DNA of 64,000 nucleotides from Spirochaetia bacterium. GTDB lineage: Bacteria; Spirochaetota; Spirochaetia; SZUA-6; Bin103. Below are positions 18,203 to 28,343 of the stretch, in pieces. The notes under the pieces are model-generated. The model did not search any database. It saw only the letters and a list, made by a program, of their open reading frames with translations, and was not told where the DNA came from. The first letter of the stretch is position 1, and each line of letters starts with the position of its first letter. Position numbers and translations under genes: made by a program. Where the stretch lies: NCBI GenBank assembly GCA_965203055.1, contig OZ241863.1:1824001-1888000 (forward strand), in the 5' to 3' direction.

Positions 18203-19786
18203 ATGCGCTACTTCAACACGGCCGGACCGGTAAAGCCTGACCGGCATTACTGCATCCCGCCGTTGGACCGTCTCGACCTGGACGAGGTGCTGCTGCTGGT
18301 CCGGCAGGAGAAGTACTTCGTGCTGCACGCGCCGCGCCAGAGCGGCAAGACCTCCACCCTCCGCGCGCTCTGCGACCTGCTCAACAGCGGCGCCCGCGGC
18401 GCCTACCGCTGCGTATACGCCAACGTGGAAAGCGCTCAGGCGATGGGGGACGACGTGGAGCGCGCGACCCGCGTCATCCTGGCGCGGCTCGCCGCCCGCG
18501 CGCGGGCGGCGTTGGGCGACCTGTTCCTGGCGCGAAACTGGTCGGGGATCGCCGCCGAATTCGGGCCGGCCGCCCTGGGCGAGGCGCTGATGCGCTGGGC
18601 GGCGGCGGACCCGACGCCGCTGGTGCTGCTGATCGACGAGATCGACGCCCTGGCGGGCGACCCGCTGCTGGCGGTATTGCGCCAGCTCCGGGAAGGTTAC
18701 GACCTGCGGCCGGAGGGATTTCCGCACAGCGTGTGCCTGTGCGGCGTGCGCGACGTCCGCGACTACCGCATCCCGGTCCGCGGGGACGGTCAGGCAGGCC
18801 TGGGCAGCCCCTTCAACGTCAAGGCGAAGTCGTTGCGGCTGGACGACTTCTCGGAAGCTGAGGTGGGCGCGCTGCTGGGCCAGCACACCGCGGCGACGGG
18901 ACAGGAATTCACGCCGGAGGCGGTGGCCGCGGCGTGGGAGCAGACCCGCGGCCAGCCGTGGCTGGTGAACGCGCTCGCCTGGCAGGCGTGCTTCGAGAAC
19001 GCGGCCGGACGCGAGCGGCGCCGGCCGATCACCGCCGCCGACCTGCTCGCCGCGCGCGAGGAACTGATCCTGCGCCGCGAGACCCACCTGGACCAATTGG
19101 CCGACAAACTTCGGGAGGAGCGCGTGCGGCGGGTGGTGGAACCGCTGCTCAGCGGCGCCGGCGGCCGGGCAGGCGCCCTCGATCTGGAGTACGTCCGCGA
19201 TCTGGGGCTGGTGGCGCCCGACCCTCCGGTGCGCATCGCCAACCCCATCTACGCCGAAGTGGTGCCGCGGGAGTTGACCTGGATCACCCAGCAGGAGTTG
19301 CCGGAGGAGATGGCGTGGTACGTGGACGCCGGCGGCGGACTGAAGCTGAACGAGTTGATGGTGAAGTTCCAGGAGTTCTTCCGCCGCAACTCGGAACACT
19401 GGAAGGCGCGGTTCCAGTACCAGGATGCCTGGCCGCAACTACTGCTGCAGGCGTTCCTGCAGCGCATCGTGAACGGCGGAGGCAGGATCGATCGGGAATA
19501 TGGGCTGGGGCGCGGGCGCACCGATCTGCTGATCGAGTGGCCGCAAGGCGGCGCGGACGGCGGGGCGGCCCGTTACGTGGTGGAGTGCAAGGTGCGCTAC
19601 GGCAACCTGGAACGGACGATCGCGGAGGGAGTGGCGCAGACCGCGGCGTACCTGGACCGGTGCGCGGCGGACCGCGGGCACCTGGTGATCTTCGACCGCA
19701 GCGAAGGTCGGAGTTGGGACGAGAAGGTGTTCCACGACCGCCGGCGGGCGGAAGGAGGCGGCATGATCGAGGTGTGGGGCATGTGA
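18203..19786 (+). CDS. AAA-type ATPase with C-terminal PD-(D/E)XK-like domain
   Basis: FNTAGP, APRQSGKTS and LLIDEID motifs. C-terminal REY...GRTDLLI...VVECK. Confidence 0.8.
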   Translation: MRYFNTAGPVKPDRHYCIPPLDRLDLDEVLLLVRQEKYFVLHAPRQSGKTSTLRALCDLLNSGARGAYRCVYANVESAQAMGDDVERATRVILARLAARARAALGDLFLARNWSGIAAEFGPAALGEALMRWAAADPTPLVLLIDEIDALAGDPLLAVLRQLREGYDLRPEGFPHSVCLCGVRDVRDYRIPVRGDGQAGLGSPFNVKAKSLRLDDFSEAEVGALLGQHTAATGQEFTPEAVAAAWEQTRGQPWLVNALAWQACFENAAGRERRRPITAADLLAAREELILRRETHLDQLADKLREERVRRVVEPLLSGAGGRAGALDLEYVRDLGLVAPDPPVRIANPIYAEVVPRELTWITQQELPEEMAWYVDAGGGLKLNELMVKFQEFFRRNSEHWKARFQYQDAWPQLLLQAFLQRIVNGGGRIDREYGLGRGRTDLLIEWPQGGADGGAARYVVECKVRYGNLERTIAEGVAQTAAYLDRCAADRGHLVIFDRSEGRSWDEKVFHDRRRAEGGGMIEVWGM

Positions 19787-21192
19787 TGGAGCCGAGCTTC
19801 AACGAAGGGCTCTCCATGACTGTCGACCGGGCGCTGCGGCACCTGGAGCTGCCGCCGGGACTGGCGGAGCAGATCAAGGCGTGCGACTCGGTGCTGCAAC
19901 TGCACTTCCCGGTGCGGCTGGACGACGGCGTGTATCACATCTTCCGCGGCTGGCGCGCCACGCACAGTTCGCATCTGCTGCCGGCCAAGGGCGGCATCCG
20001 CTACGCCGTCTGCGTCGACCAGGACGAGGTGGAGGCGCTGGCGGCGCTGATGACCTACAAGTGCGCGCTGGTCGACGTCCCGTTCGGCGGCTCCAAGGGC
20101 GGCGTGCGGCTGGAGCCGGGCCGCCACTCCGAGCGGGAGCTGGAGGCGATTACCCGGCGCTTCGCCCGCGAGCTGATCGCGCGCGGCTACCTCAGCCCCG
20201 GCGGCAACGTGCCGGCGCCCGACATGGGCACCGGCGCCCGCGAGATGGGCTGGATCGCCGACGTCTACCGCACCCTGCGCCCCGAAGAGATCAACGCGCT
20301 GGCCTGCGTGACCGGCAAGCCGGTCACCTCCGGCGGCATCCCGGGCCGGATCGAGGCGACCGGACGCGGCGCGCAGTTCGCGGTGCGCGAGCTGTTCCGC
20401 CGCCCGGAGGAGATGGCGCTGGCCGGCCTGGAGGGCGAGCTGGCGGGCAAGCGGATCGTGGTGCAGGGGCTCGGCAACGTCGGCTTCCACCTGGCCAAGT
20501 ACCTGTCCGAGGAAGACGGCGCGCTGATCGTCGGCGTGATGACGCGCGAAGGGGTAGTCCTGGACGAGCGCGGCATCGCGGTCGCCGAGCTGCGCGGCCA
20601 TCTGGACCGCTGCGGCGGAGTCGAGGGGTTTCCCGGCGGGCGGACCGACGTCACGGCGGACCAGTTTCTGGCCACCCCGTGCGACCTGCTGATCCCGGCC
20701 GCGATCGAGGGGCAGATACATCGCGGCAACGCCGCCTCCATCCGGGCCAGGCTGGTGGTGGAGGCGGCCAACGGCCCGGTCACCTTCGGCGCGGACGAGA
20801 TTCTGCGGCAGCGCGGCATACCGGTGTTGCCGGACCTGTACGTGAACGCGGGCGGCGTGACCGTCTCCTACTTCGAGTGGATCAGGAACCTGTCGCACAT
20901 CCGCTTCGGGCGGCTGGACCGCCGCCTGGACGAGGGGCGCGGCGCGCGCATCGTCAGCGCCCTGGAGCAGATGACCGGCCGTTCCGCCGGCGCCGCGCTG
21001 CGCGCCGAGTTGATCACCGGGGCCGACGAACTGGCGCTGGTGCGATCCGGCCTGGACGACACCATGCGGCAGGCCTATGACGAGATCAGCGAGACGTTCC
21101 ACCGCAACGACCGGATCGACGACTACCGCACCGCCGCGTTCGTGGTCGCGTTGCGCAAGATCGCCAACACCTACCTCGACCTGGGCGTGTAG
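19786..21192 (+). CDS. gdhA: Glu/Leu/Phe/Val (glutamate) dehydrogenase
   Basis: KGGIRY, GGSKGG, VPAPD, TGKP, QGLGNVG, EAANGP and NAGGVTVSYFEW motifs. Confidence 0.85.
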   Translation: MEPSFNEGLSMTVDRALRHLELPPGLAEQIKACDSVLQLHFPVRLDDGVYHIFRGWRATHSSHLLPAKGGIRYAVCVDQDEVEALAALMTYKCALVDVPFGGSKGGVRLEPGRHSERELEAITRRFARELIARGYLSPGGNVPAPDMGTGAREMGWIADVYRTLRPEEINALACVTGKPVTSGGIPGRIEATGRGAQFAVRELFRRPEEMALAGLEGELAGKRIVVQGLGNVGFHLAKYLSEEDGALIVGVMTREGVVLDERGIAVAELRGHLDRCGGVEGFPGGRTDVTADQFLATPCDLLIPAAIEGQIHRGNAASIRARLVVEAANGPVTFGADEILRQRGIPVLPDLYVNAGGVTVSYFEWIRNLSHIRFGRLDRRLDEGRGARIVSALEQMTGRSAGAALRAELITGADELALVRSGLDDTMRQAYDEISETFHRNDRIDDYRTAAFVVALRKIANTYLDLGV

Positions 21193-21226
21193 CGCCCGGC
21201 CCGGCGGAGCGCGGTCGGGGGACGCG

Positions 21227-22111
21227 CTACAGGAACCGCCGCAGGCCGGCGAGGGTCTCGCGGGTGGACTGCGGGCCGGTATCGCCCGGCTTGCGCCAAT
21301 GGGTTTCGACGCTGACGACGCCGGCGTAGCCGTCGCTGCGGAGCGCGGCGATCTGACCGGCGTAGTCCACCGCGCCGCCGCCGATCGGCGCCCAGCGCGT
21401 CAGGCCGGCGGCGGCGTCCACGACCTCGGCGTCCTTCACGTGCACGTGGATCAGATACGGCAGCACGGCGCGGTAGCCGTCCGGCCAGGGCGTGCCGCCG
21501 GACACGAAGTCGTTGCCGGGGTCCCAGATGGCGCGCACGCGCGGATGGTCGACCGCGGCCAGGATGCGGGCCGCGTTGTGCCCGGAGTTGCCCCAGCAGG
21601 AGCGCACGTTCTCCAGCCCGAGGGTGACGCCGTGTTCGCCGGCGATCGCCGCCGCGGCGCGCAGCCCGGCGGCGATCTTCGGCAGCAGGGAGTCGGGGAT
21701 GGCGCCGCCGCGCGCCTCCCGCGGGGAGGGGTTGCCCAAGCCGATCATGGAGCTGCGCCGGAACGAGAACACGCGCACGATGCCGGCTCCCAGCTCGCCG
21801 GCGGCGTGGCAGCCGCGCCGGATCTGCTCCAGGTGCTCGACCACCGCCGGGTGGCGGGTCACCTCCGCCGCCGGCACCTCGTCCAGCTCGACCGCCTTGA
21901 AGGCGGGCGGATCGACCGCCACCACCCGCAGCCCCTCGCCGGCGATCATCCGCCCGAGGTCGGCGATCTCCGCGGCCGACAACTCGTGCACCGCGCGCCC
22001 GCCGACCTGGTTGAGCTCGACGTGGCTGAAGCCCATCTCCCGCGCCGCCGGCAGCGCCAGCGCGGGATCGTCAGCGATTTCGTCGGTAACGACGCCGAGC
22101 GAGAACTTCAC
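21227..22111 (-). CDS. Sugar-phosphate isomerase/epimerase (TIM barrel)
   Basis: TDEI, GLEN, WDPGN, HVHVKD and SVETH motifs. Confidence 0.85.
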   Translation of the reverse strand: MKFSLGVVTDEIADDPALALPAAREMGFSHVELNQVGGRAVHELSAAEIADLGRMIAGEGLRVVAVDPPAFKAVELDEVPAAEVTRHPAVVEHLEQIRRGCHAAGELGAGIVRVFSFRRSSMIGLGNPSPREARGGAIPDSLLPKIAAGLRAAAAIAGEHGVTLGLENVRSCWGNSGHNAARILAAVDHPRVRAIWDPGNDFVSGGTPWPDGYRAVLPYLIHVHVKDAEVVDAAAGLTRWAPIGGGAVDYAGQIAALRSDGYAGVVSVETHWRKPGDTGPQSTRETLAGLRRFL

Positions 22112-24417
22112 TTCTGATCTACCCCTACCTCAACCAGAAGCTGCCGGCCGGCCAGGGTCTGGCGGGCCCAGAACAGGTTCTGGCTCGGATCGTTGCCGCC
22201 CGCCGCCAGGATGGCGGTGCCGGTGGCGGTGGTGCCGCCGCTCGGCGCCGCCGAAAAGGTCACGGTCGGGGCCGTCGTGTAGCCGTTCCCCCCGTTCGTG
22301 ATCCTCACCGACCGGACGCGGTATTCATAGACCGCGGTGCCGGTGGCGGTGGTGCCGCCGCTCGGCGCCGCCGAAAAGGTCACGGTGGGGGCGGCAGTGT
22401 AGCCGCTCCCCCCGTTCGTGATCCTCACCGAGGCCACCCCGTAGTCCATCACCGCGCTGGCGGCCGCTCCGCTGCCGCCGCCGCCCGTAAAGGAGACGGT
22501 GGGCGCCGAGGTGTAGCCGCTGCCGGCGGTCCCGACCGTCACCGAGTCGACCCCGTAGTCCATCACCGCGGTGCCGGTGGCGGTGGTGCCGCCGCTCGGC
22601 GCCGCCGAAAAGGTCACGGTGGGGGCCGAGGTGTAGCCGCTCCCCGGGTTGGTGACCCTCACCGATGCTGCCCCGTAGGTCACGCTCGCGGTAGCGGTCG
22701 CTCCGCTGCCGCCGCCGCCCGTAAAGGAGACGGTGGGCGCCGAGGTGTAGCCGCTGCCGGGGTTGGTGACACTCACCCCGGTGATGGTGGTGCCCATCAC
22801 CGCGTGGTAGCCGGCCCCGCTGCCGCCGCCGCCGGAAAAGGTGATCGTGGGGGCCGAGGTGTAGCCCGCTCCCGCGTTGGTGATGTCCACTCCTCGAATG
22901 TTGGTGAACAGATCCACGGTGACGGCCGCCCCGCTGCCGCCCCCGCCCACAAGGGTGACGGCGGGCGCCGAGGTGTAGCCGCGGCCCGGGTTAGACACAT
23001 AGATGCGCTCCATCCGCCCGTCGCTGTACCGATATGCGGTGCCGGTGGCCCTGGTGCCGCCGGACGGCGGCGCCTGGAACGACACCGTCGGATTGCTCGT
23101 GTAGCCGCTCCCCCGGTGAGAGGCGCTCGCGAAACGCGCCCGCGACACGGCGTCGGGCCCCCACGCGGTGCCGGTGGCGGTGGTGCCGCCGGACGGCGGC
23201 GCCGAGAAGGTCACGGTCGGGACCGAGCTGTAGCCGCTCCCATATTGATTGCCGGTTCTCGCCACGGAAGCGACCCGGTCCGGCCCCTCCGCGGCGCCGG
23301 TGGCGGTGGTGCCGCCGGACGGCGGCGCCGAGAAGGAGACGGTGGGGGTCGAGGTGTAGCCGCTGCCGGCGGTCCCCATCGTCACCTCACCGACGACTCC
23401 GCTTCTCGTCGCGGTGGCGGCTGCTCCGCTGCCGCCGCCGCCCGAGAAGGAGACGGTGGGGGTCGAGGTGTAGCCGCTGCCGGCGGTCCCGATCGTCACG
23501 TCATCGACGCCGCCGCTGATCGCCGCGGTGCCGGCGGCGTCGGTGCCGCCGGAGGGCGCCGCCGAGAAGGAGACGGTGGGTGCCGAAGTGTAGCCGCTGC
23601 CGGCGGTCCCGACCGTCACGTCATCGACGCTGCCGGTGACCGCCGCGGCGCCGGTTGCCGTGGTGCCGCCGGCCGGCGGCGCCGAGAAGGAGACGGTGGG
23701 TGCCGAGACGTAGCCGCTGCCGTTGGTCCCCATCGTCACCGAAGCGACGACGCCGCCGCCCGCTACGGTGCCGGTTGCTTCGGCGCCGCCGGCCGGCGGC
23801 GCCGAAAAGGAGACGGTGGGTGTCGAGGTGTAGCCGCTCCCCCGGTCGGTAATCCTGACCGACTCGACGGTGTCGGGGGCTCCCGACTGATCCGGGGCGG
23901 TGAGCACCAGCACGAGCGCGCCGGCGCTCACTTCGGCGGAAACCTCCCACTGCGCGCCGCTGAGGTCGCCCGCGAAGGCCGGCGCGGCCGCCGTGCTCGT
24001 GAACGGCAGTTCGTTGCCGCCGATCGACACGGTCACCGTTTCGCCCTCGACGCCGGTGAGCCCGTCCCAGGCGAACGGCGCGGAGCGGATCGTCAAGGCG
24101 CTCGGGTCCGTTGCGGCAGGCAGCGGCAGCGCCGATGACCAAGCATCCTCCCCGTCCTCCCCGAGGGGCCAGCTCTTCGTGGCCGGCGCCGGGGCCGCCG
24201 GAGTCGGGGCCGGCGCGGTCGGCGACCCGCCGTCGCCGCCGGTGCCGCCGCTCCCCGCGCCCGCGCCGCCGGTGCCGTTCGTTGCTGCCGGCCGGGCCGC
24301 CTGCTGGCACGCCAGCAGGGCGATGCCGGTGACCGCCGCCAACGCCAGAAGCAGCGATGCCTTGGATGCCTTACGAGTCGGATTGGTTCTGTCGCGTGCG
24401 GCGCGGTATACTCTCAT
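22108..24417 (-). CDS. Repetitive surface lipoprotein with 14 GSGY(T)xxPTV repeats
   Basis: Lipobox-like IALLAC, a Gly/Pro linker, and 14 copies of a ~40-aa unit. Confidence 0.8.
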   Translation of the reverse strand: MRVYRAARDRTNPTRKASKASLLLALAAVTGIALLACQQAARPAATNGTGGAGAGSGGTGGDGGSPTAPAPTPAAPAPATKSWPLGEDGEDAWSSALPLPAATDPSALTIRSAPFAWDGLTGVEGETVTVSIGGNELPFTSTAAAPAFAGDLSGAQWEVSAEVSAGALVLVLTAPDQSGAPDTVESVRITDRGSGYTSTPTVSFSAPPAGGAEATGTVAGGGVVASVTMGTNGSGYVSAPTVSFSAPPAGGTTATGAAAVTGSVDDVTVGTAGSGYTSAPTVSFSAAPSGGTDAAGTAAISGGVDDVTIGTAGSGYTSTPTVSFSGGGGSGAAATATRSGVVGEVTMGTAGSGYTSTPTVSFSAPPSGGTTATGAAEGPDRVASVARTGNQYGSGYSSVPTVTFSAPPSGGTTATGTAWGPDAVSRARFASASHRGSGYTSNPTVSFQAPPSGGTRATGTAYRYSDGRMERIYVSNPGRGYTSAPAVTLVGGGGSGAAVTVDLFTNIRGVDITNAGAGYTSAPTITFSGGGGSGAGYHAVMGTTITGVSVTNPGSGYTSAPTVSFTGGGGSGATATASVTYGAASVRVTNPGSGYTSAPTVTFSAAPSGGTTATGTAVMDYGVDSVTVGTAGSGYTSAPTVSFTGGGGSGAAASAVMDYGVASVRITNGGSGYTAAPTVTFSAAPSGGTTATGTAVYEYRVRSVRITNGGNGYTTAPTVTFSAAPSGGTTATGTAILAAGGNDPSQNLFWARQTLAGRQLLVEVGVDQK

Positions 24418-24430
24418 CCCGGCGGCCTCT

Positions 24431-24450
24431 GGGGGGGGGGGGGGGGGGGG
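24431..24450. repeat. G20/C20 homopolymer tract
   Basis: 20 consecutive G, 13 nt upstream (minus strand) of the ATG at 24417. Confidence 0.9.
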
Positions 24451-24615
24451 TAAGCGCTAACTTATTGTAGTAGGTCACTCGAAGTACTCCCAAAGCTGAG
24501 GCAGACGCCGCCGCCGCGGCTCGGCCATCTCTTCCAGCACGGCATCGTACCGGATGAATGGGCGACGTTCAAGCCGTCGCATTGATTGACGCCGCCAGCC
24601 GACCCACGGCCCGGG

Positions 24616-25617
24616 TCACCGGTCCGCGCCGCCGGCCAACGCAGCGCCGGCGCGGCGCAACTCCGCGCACGCGTTCCGCGCAGCTTCCAGGTGATCGCTG
24701 CATAGCAGCCGGAGCAGCTCCTGCCGGCGCTCGTGGAGCAGGCGCATGACGCGCAGCAACCCCAGGCGTTCGTCGCGGCGCCGCTCGCGCGCCAGCTCCT
24801 CGTCGGTGCCGGAGACCGCCAGCCGCCGCAACCGCTCGATCTGCTCGGCGCAGACCCGCGCCAGCTCCCGGTCCACCGCGGCGGCCAGCACGCGGGCGTC
24901 GTTGAGCTCGCCCAGCACCTCCTGCAGCCCCTTCAGCGCCGCGACCGCGGCGGCGCCGCCGGCGAGGCCGTCCACCACCGGCGCCGCCAGGTAGCGCAAC
25001 CGCTTCACGGCCAGCCGCGCGTCGTGGAGCTCGCCGCCGCGCGCCGGTTCGGCGGCGGCCGCCAAGCGGGCGGTGACCTCGGCGGCGTACTCCTGCAGCC
25101 GCTCGCCGAACGCGCGGCCGAAGGTCAGGGCCGCCGGCGCCGCCCGCTCCAGGCGCGCGCGCACCTCGGCGTCCAGCCGTTCGAAGCGGCCGCGCAGCGC
25201 GGCCGCGGCCGCCTGCCCGGCCTGCCGCCGGCGGCGCAGGCGCGCCAGCAGGTAGTTGAGGCCGGCCCGCTCGCTGCGCCGCAGCGCCGGGCGCACCCCT
25301 TCCAGCCAGCGGATCTGCACTTCGGCGTCGCGGCTGCGGTTGGTCTGCCGCATCAGGCGGCGCAGCGACCGGCGGACGCGCTTGCCGGCCGCCTTGCCCA
25401 ACCACGGCCGATAGGCGCGCAACACGTTGCGGCAGCGGCGCAGCGCTACCCGAAAGTCGTGCAGCGCCTCGCGCCGGCCCGGGCGGCCCACCTGCCGCAC
25501 GGCCCGCTCGGCCTGCGCCAGGTAGCGGTGCGCCAGCGCCGCCGCGGACTCCACCAGCGGCCGCTCCAGCAGGCGTTCCGCCGGCACCGGTTCGATCCGG
25601 CCGCGGCGCGCGGTCAC
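24616..25617 (-). CDS. CHAD domain protein
   Basis: LHDFRVALRRCR, LHDARLAVKRLRY and LQEVLGELND motifs. Confidence 0.85.
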   Translation of the reverse strand: MTARRGRIEPVPAERLLERPLVESAAALAHRYLAQAERAVRQVGRPGRREALHDFRVALRRCRNVLRAYRPWLGKAAGKRVRRSLRRLMRQTNRSRDAEVQIRWLEGVRPALRRSERAGLNYLLARLRRRRQAGQAAAAALRGRFERLDAEVRARLERAAPAALTFGRAFGERLQEYAAEVTARLAAAAEPARGGELHDARLAVKRLRYLAAPVVDGLAGGAAAVAALKGLQEVLGELNDARVLAAAVDRELARVCAEQIERLRRLAVSGTDEELARERRRDERLGLLRVMRLLHERRQELLRLLCSDHLEAARNACAELRRAGAALAGGADR

Positions 25618-25952
25618 CCGTCCGCGCCGCGCTCCGGGGCGTAGGAGTCGACCCGGAGCTGCGCGGGGAAGCCTGGTCCGGACGCCTCCCGCACTACCCG
25701 CCCGCGAACCGTCACCCGGCGCTGCTGCAGGCGCCGCAGCTCTTCCGCCGCGGGGCCGACCAGCTCGTAGGTCTCCGCCGCGGTGACGACCACCAGCCGG
25801 ACGTGGGGCTCCGAGCCGGTCACCGTTACCCGGCCGGTGACCGTGATCTCGGCGTCCGATTCCGCCTCGTCCGGCGCGCCGGCCGGGCGCGCGGAAACGC
25901 ACGCCAGGAGCATTCCGGCGGCCAGCGCCGCCGCGGCGCCGGCGCGCGTCAC
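25614..25952 (-). CDS. Small putative lipoprotein (OB-fold-like)
   Basis: MLLAC lipobox and TVTGRV...GSEPH...VTVRG pattern. 4-nt overlaps with both neighbours. Confidence 0.6.
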   Translation of the reverse strand: MTRAGAAAALAAGMLLACVSARPAGAPDEAESDAEITVTGRVTVTGSEPHVRLVVVTAAETYELVGPAAEELRRLQQRRVTVRGRVVREASGPGFPAQLRVDSYAPERGADG

Positions 25953-26939
25953 TCCTTGACCACCACGGTGACGCGGTTGCCGGCGGGTGCGGTAACGCGC
26001 AGGCGGAGGGTGCCGGCCACGCGGCCGAGCGTGGTGTACATGTTGGAGTGCGGCGGCTGCGCGCGGGCGTTGAACGCGATCAAGTCGTGCAGGTACGGCC
26101 CCGGCCGGTCCGGATAGCCTCGGGGCCTCGGCGGGGTGTAGTTGTACAGGTTGATCGATCCCAACCGGAAGGTCGTGCCGGCGGCGCGCGAGGTGCTCCA
26201 CGTCCCCGGGTTGTAGCGGTACGGAACGGGGGCCGCGGTGTTGTCCGACAGCAGGTTGGCAGCGGCCCAATTGGCCAGCAGTTGCGGGAACGGGACTTCA
26301 TGGCCCAGCTCGCGCAGCGCTCCCTCGACCGCTTCGACCCCCGACCGCCCACTCTGCACGATCCGGCTGAACAGCTCGGCGCCGCCGTAGTTGCGGGCCA
26401 GGTAAGCGCCCAGGGCGTAGTTGATCGCGTAGTTGGCCAGCGTGCCGTCCCATGCGGTCACCTGAATGTCGTTGTAGCGATTGTACTCCGGGAGGCGGCC
26501 AAACCGGTTGTCCGCATCGCCCGCCGTGGCGTCGCCGGAGGCCACCCCGCGCGGTCCGCTGACGCCGAGCTTGTCGGCGACCAGGTCCGCCGCCATCTCG
26601 GAGGCCATCTCGTTGAGCCACGTTTCATTATCGCTGTCCCGCGCAATCTCTTTCTGATAGTAGTGGATCATGTGCTGAAACTCGTGCGCCAAGGCGGAGA
26701 GGATCGCATCCGGGTCCTGCGTCAGAAACGGCGAATCCGCAAACAGCATCAGCCGTTCGTTCGAGCCTCGGTACAGGGGCGGGTTGCCGGCCCGGAGGAA
26801 ATTGTGCAGTCGCTGGAAGAAGCCCACGACGCGAACGTCACCCGGCCGGGGGAGGCCGTCCCCGTCGATGTCGAACAGCAGGACGTGAATTTCGCTGGCG
26901 GCTTGCGGAGGAATGATGTTGCGGTGGCGGTGCTGCCCC

Positions 26940-28343
26940 GAGATATAACCGGAAGTTGTGGATGGGATGAAAAGAGCGCATCCTCCCAAGAACGATTCAA
27001 CCACGAATCAGGAGGAGTACGCTCGTGGAGAACAATACCGGCAGGACCACCGAGGCTCAAGGTCCTCAAGGTCCTGGTGCCATTCTGGATGAGATCGTAC
27101 GCGCCGGAGCGCGGCAGATGCTGGCTGCGGCGCTGGAGGCGGAAGTGGACGAGTTCCTGGCGCGGTACGCTGACCAGCGGGATCAGCACGGCCACCGGCT
27201 GGCGGTCCGCAACGGCCATCTGCCGAAGCGCTCGTTGGTCACCGGGATCGGTCCGATCCCGATCCGGCAGCCGCGGGTCGATGACCGCCAGCTCGCCAAG
27301 CAGGGAGAGTCGAGGTTCAGCAGCGCGATCCTGCCGCGCTACGCGAGACGGACGCCGAGTGTGGACAGCCTGATACCGACGCTGTACCTGAAGGGGGTAT
27401 CGAGCGGGGACTTCTCGCAGGCGCTGGCGGCGATCCTGGGAGAGCAGGCCGCAGGGCTGAGCGCGACCAACGTGGTGCGGCTGAAGAAGGTGTGGGAAGC
27501 GGAGTACCGGGAGTGGACGCAGCGTGATCTGAGCGGCAAGAGGTACGTGTACTTCTGGGCCGACGGCCTGCACGTGAACGTGCGACTGGACGAGGAGCGC
27601 AGTTGCATCCTGGTGATCATGGGCGCCGACGAGCAGGGGCGCAAGGAAGTGGTGGCGGTCAGCGACGGCTACCGGGAGAGCAAGACGGCGTGGTGTGAGC
27701 TGCTGTTGGACCTGCGGCGGCGTGGGCTGACGAAGGGGCCGCGGCTGGCGACGGCGGACGGGGCGTTGGGATTCTGGGCGGCGTTGCGGGAGGTGTATCC
27801 GGGAACGGAGGAACAGACCTGCTGGTTCCACAAGGCCGGCAACGTGCTGGACAAGATGCCGCAGTCGGTGCAGGGGCGGGCGAAGACGATGATCCGCGAG
27901 ATGTGGCAAGCGCCGTCGTTGGAGCATGCTACCAGCGCCTACCACCAGTTCTGCACGGCGTGGGAGGCGAAGTACCCGAAGGCGGTCGCCAGCCTGCGCA
28001 AGGATGAAGGCTCGCTGTTCAGCTTCTATGGGTTTCCGGCGGCGCACTGGATCCATCTGCGGACCAGCAACCCGATCGAGTCGACGTATGCGACGGTGCG
28101 GCTGCGGACGAAGCGGACGAAGGGCTGCGGGTCGCGGGCGGCGACGCTGACGATGGTCTGGAAGCTGGCGCTGGAAGCGCAGCGGAGGTGGCGCCGGCTG
28201 ATGGGCTTCAAACTCATACCCCTGGTGATGGAGGGGCGTGAATTCGTAGACGGCGAGCTGACGGAGGCAGCGGCTTAGAGAGACGACAGAACGATTGGAG
28301 ATGCGCTCGCTGATTCTCAATCCACAAGACTTGACAATATCTC
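26940..28343 (+). mobile_element. IS256-family element, copy 1
   Basis: Imperfect inverted repeats GAGATATAACCGGAAGTTGTGGA / GAGATATTGTCAAGTCTTGTGGA. 9-bp TSD TGCTGCCCC at 26931-26939 and 28344-28352. Confidence 0.95.
27025..28278 (+). CDS. IS256-family transposase
   Basis: RNG, YFWADG, TADGALGF, CWFHK and RTSNPIES motifs. Confidence 0.95.
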   Translation: MENNTGRTTEAQGPQGPGAILDEIVRAGARQMLAAALEAEVDEFLARYADQRDQHGHRLAVRNGHLPKRSLVTGIGPIPIRQPRVDDRQLAKQGESRFSSAILPRYARRTPSVDSLIPTLYLKGVSSGDFSQALAAILGEQAAGLSATNVVRLKKVWEAEYREWTQRDLSGKRYVYFWADGLHVNVRLDEERSCILVIMGADEQGRKEVVAVSDGYRESKTAWCELLLDLRRRGLTKGPRLATADGALGFWAALREVYPGTEEQTCWFHKAGNVLDKMPQSVQGRAKTMIREMWQAPSLEHATSAYHQFCTAWEAKYPKAVASLRKDEGSLFSFYGFPAAHWIHLRTSNPIESTYATVRLRTKRTKGCGSRAATLTMVWKLALEAQRRWRRLMGFKLIPLVMEGREFVDGELTEAAA

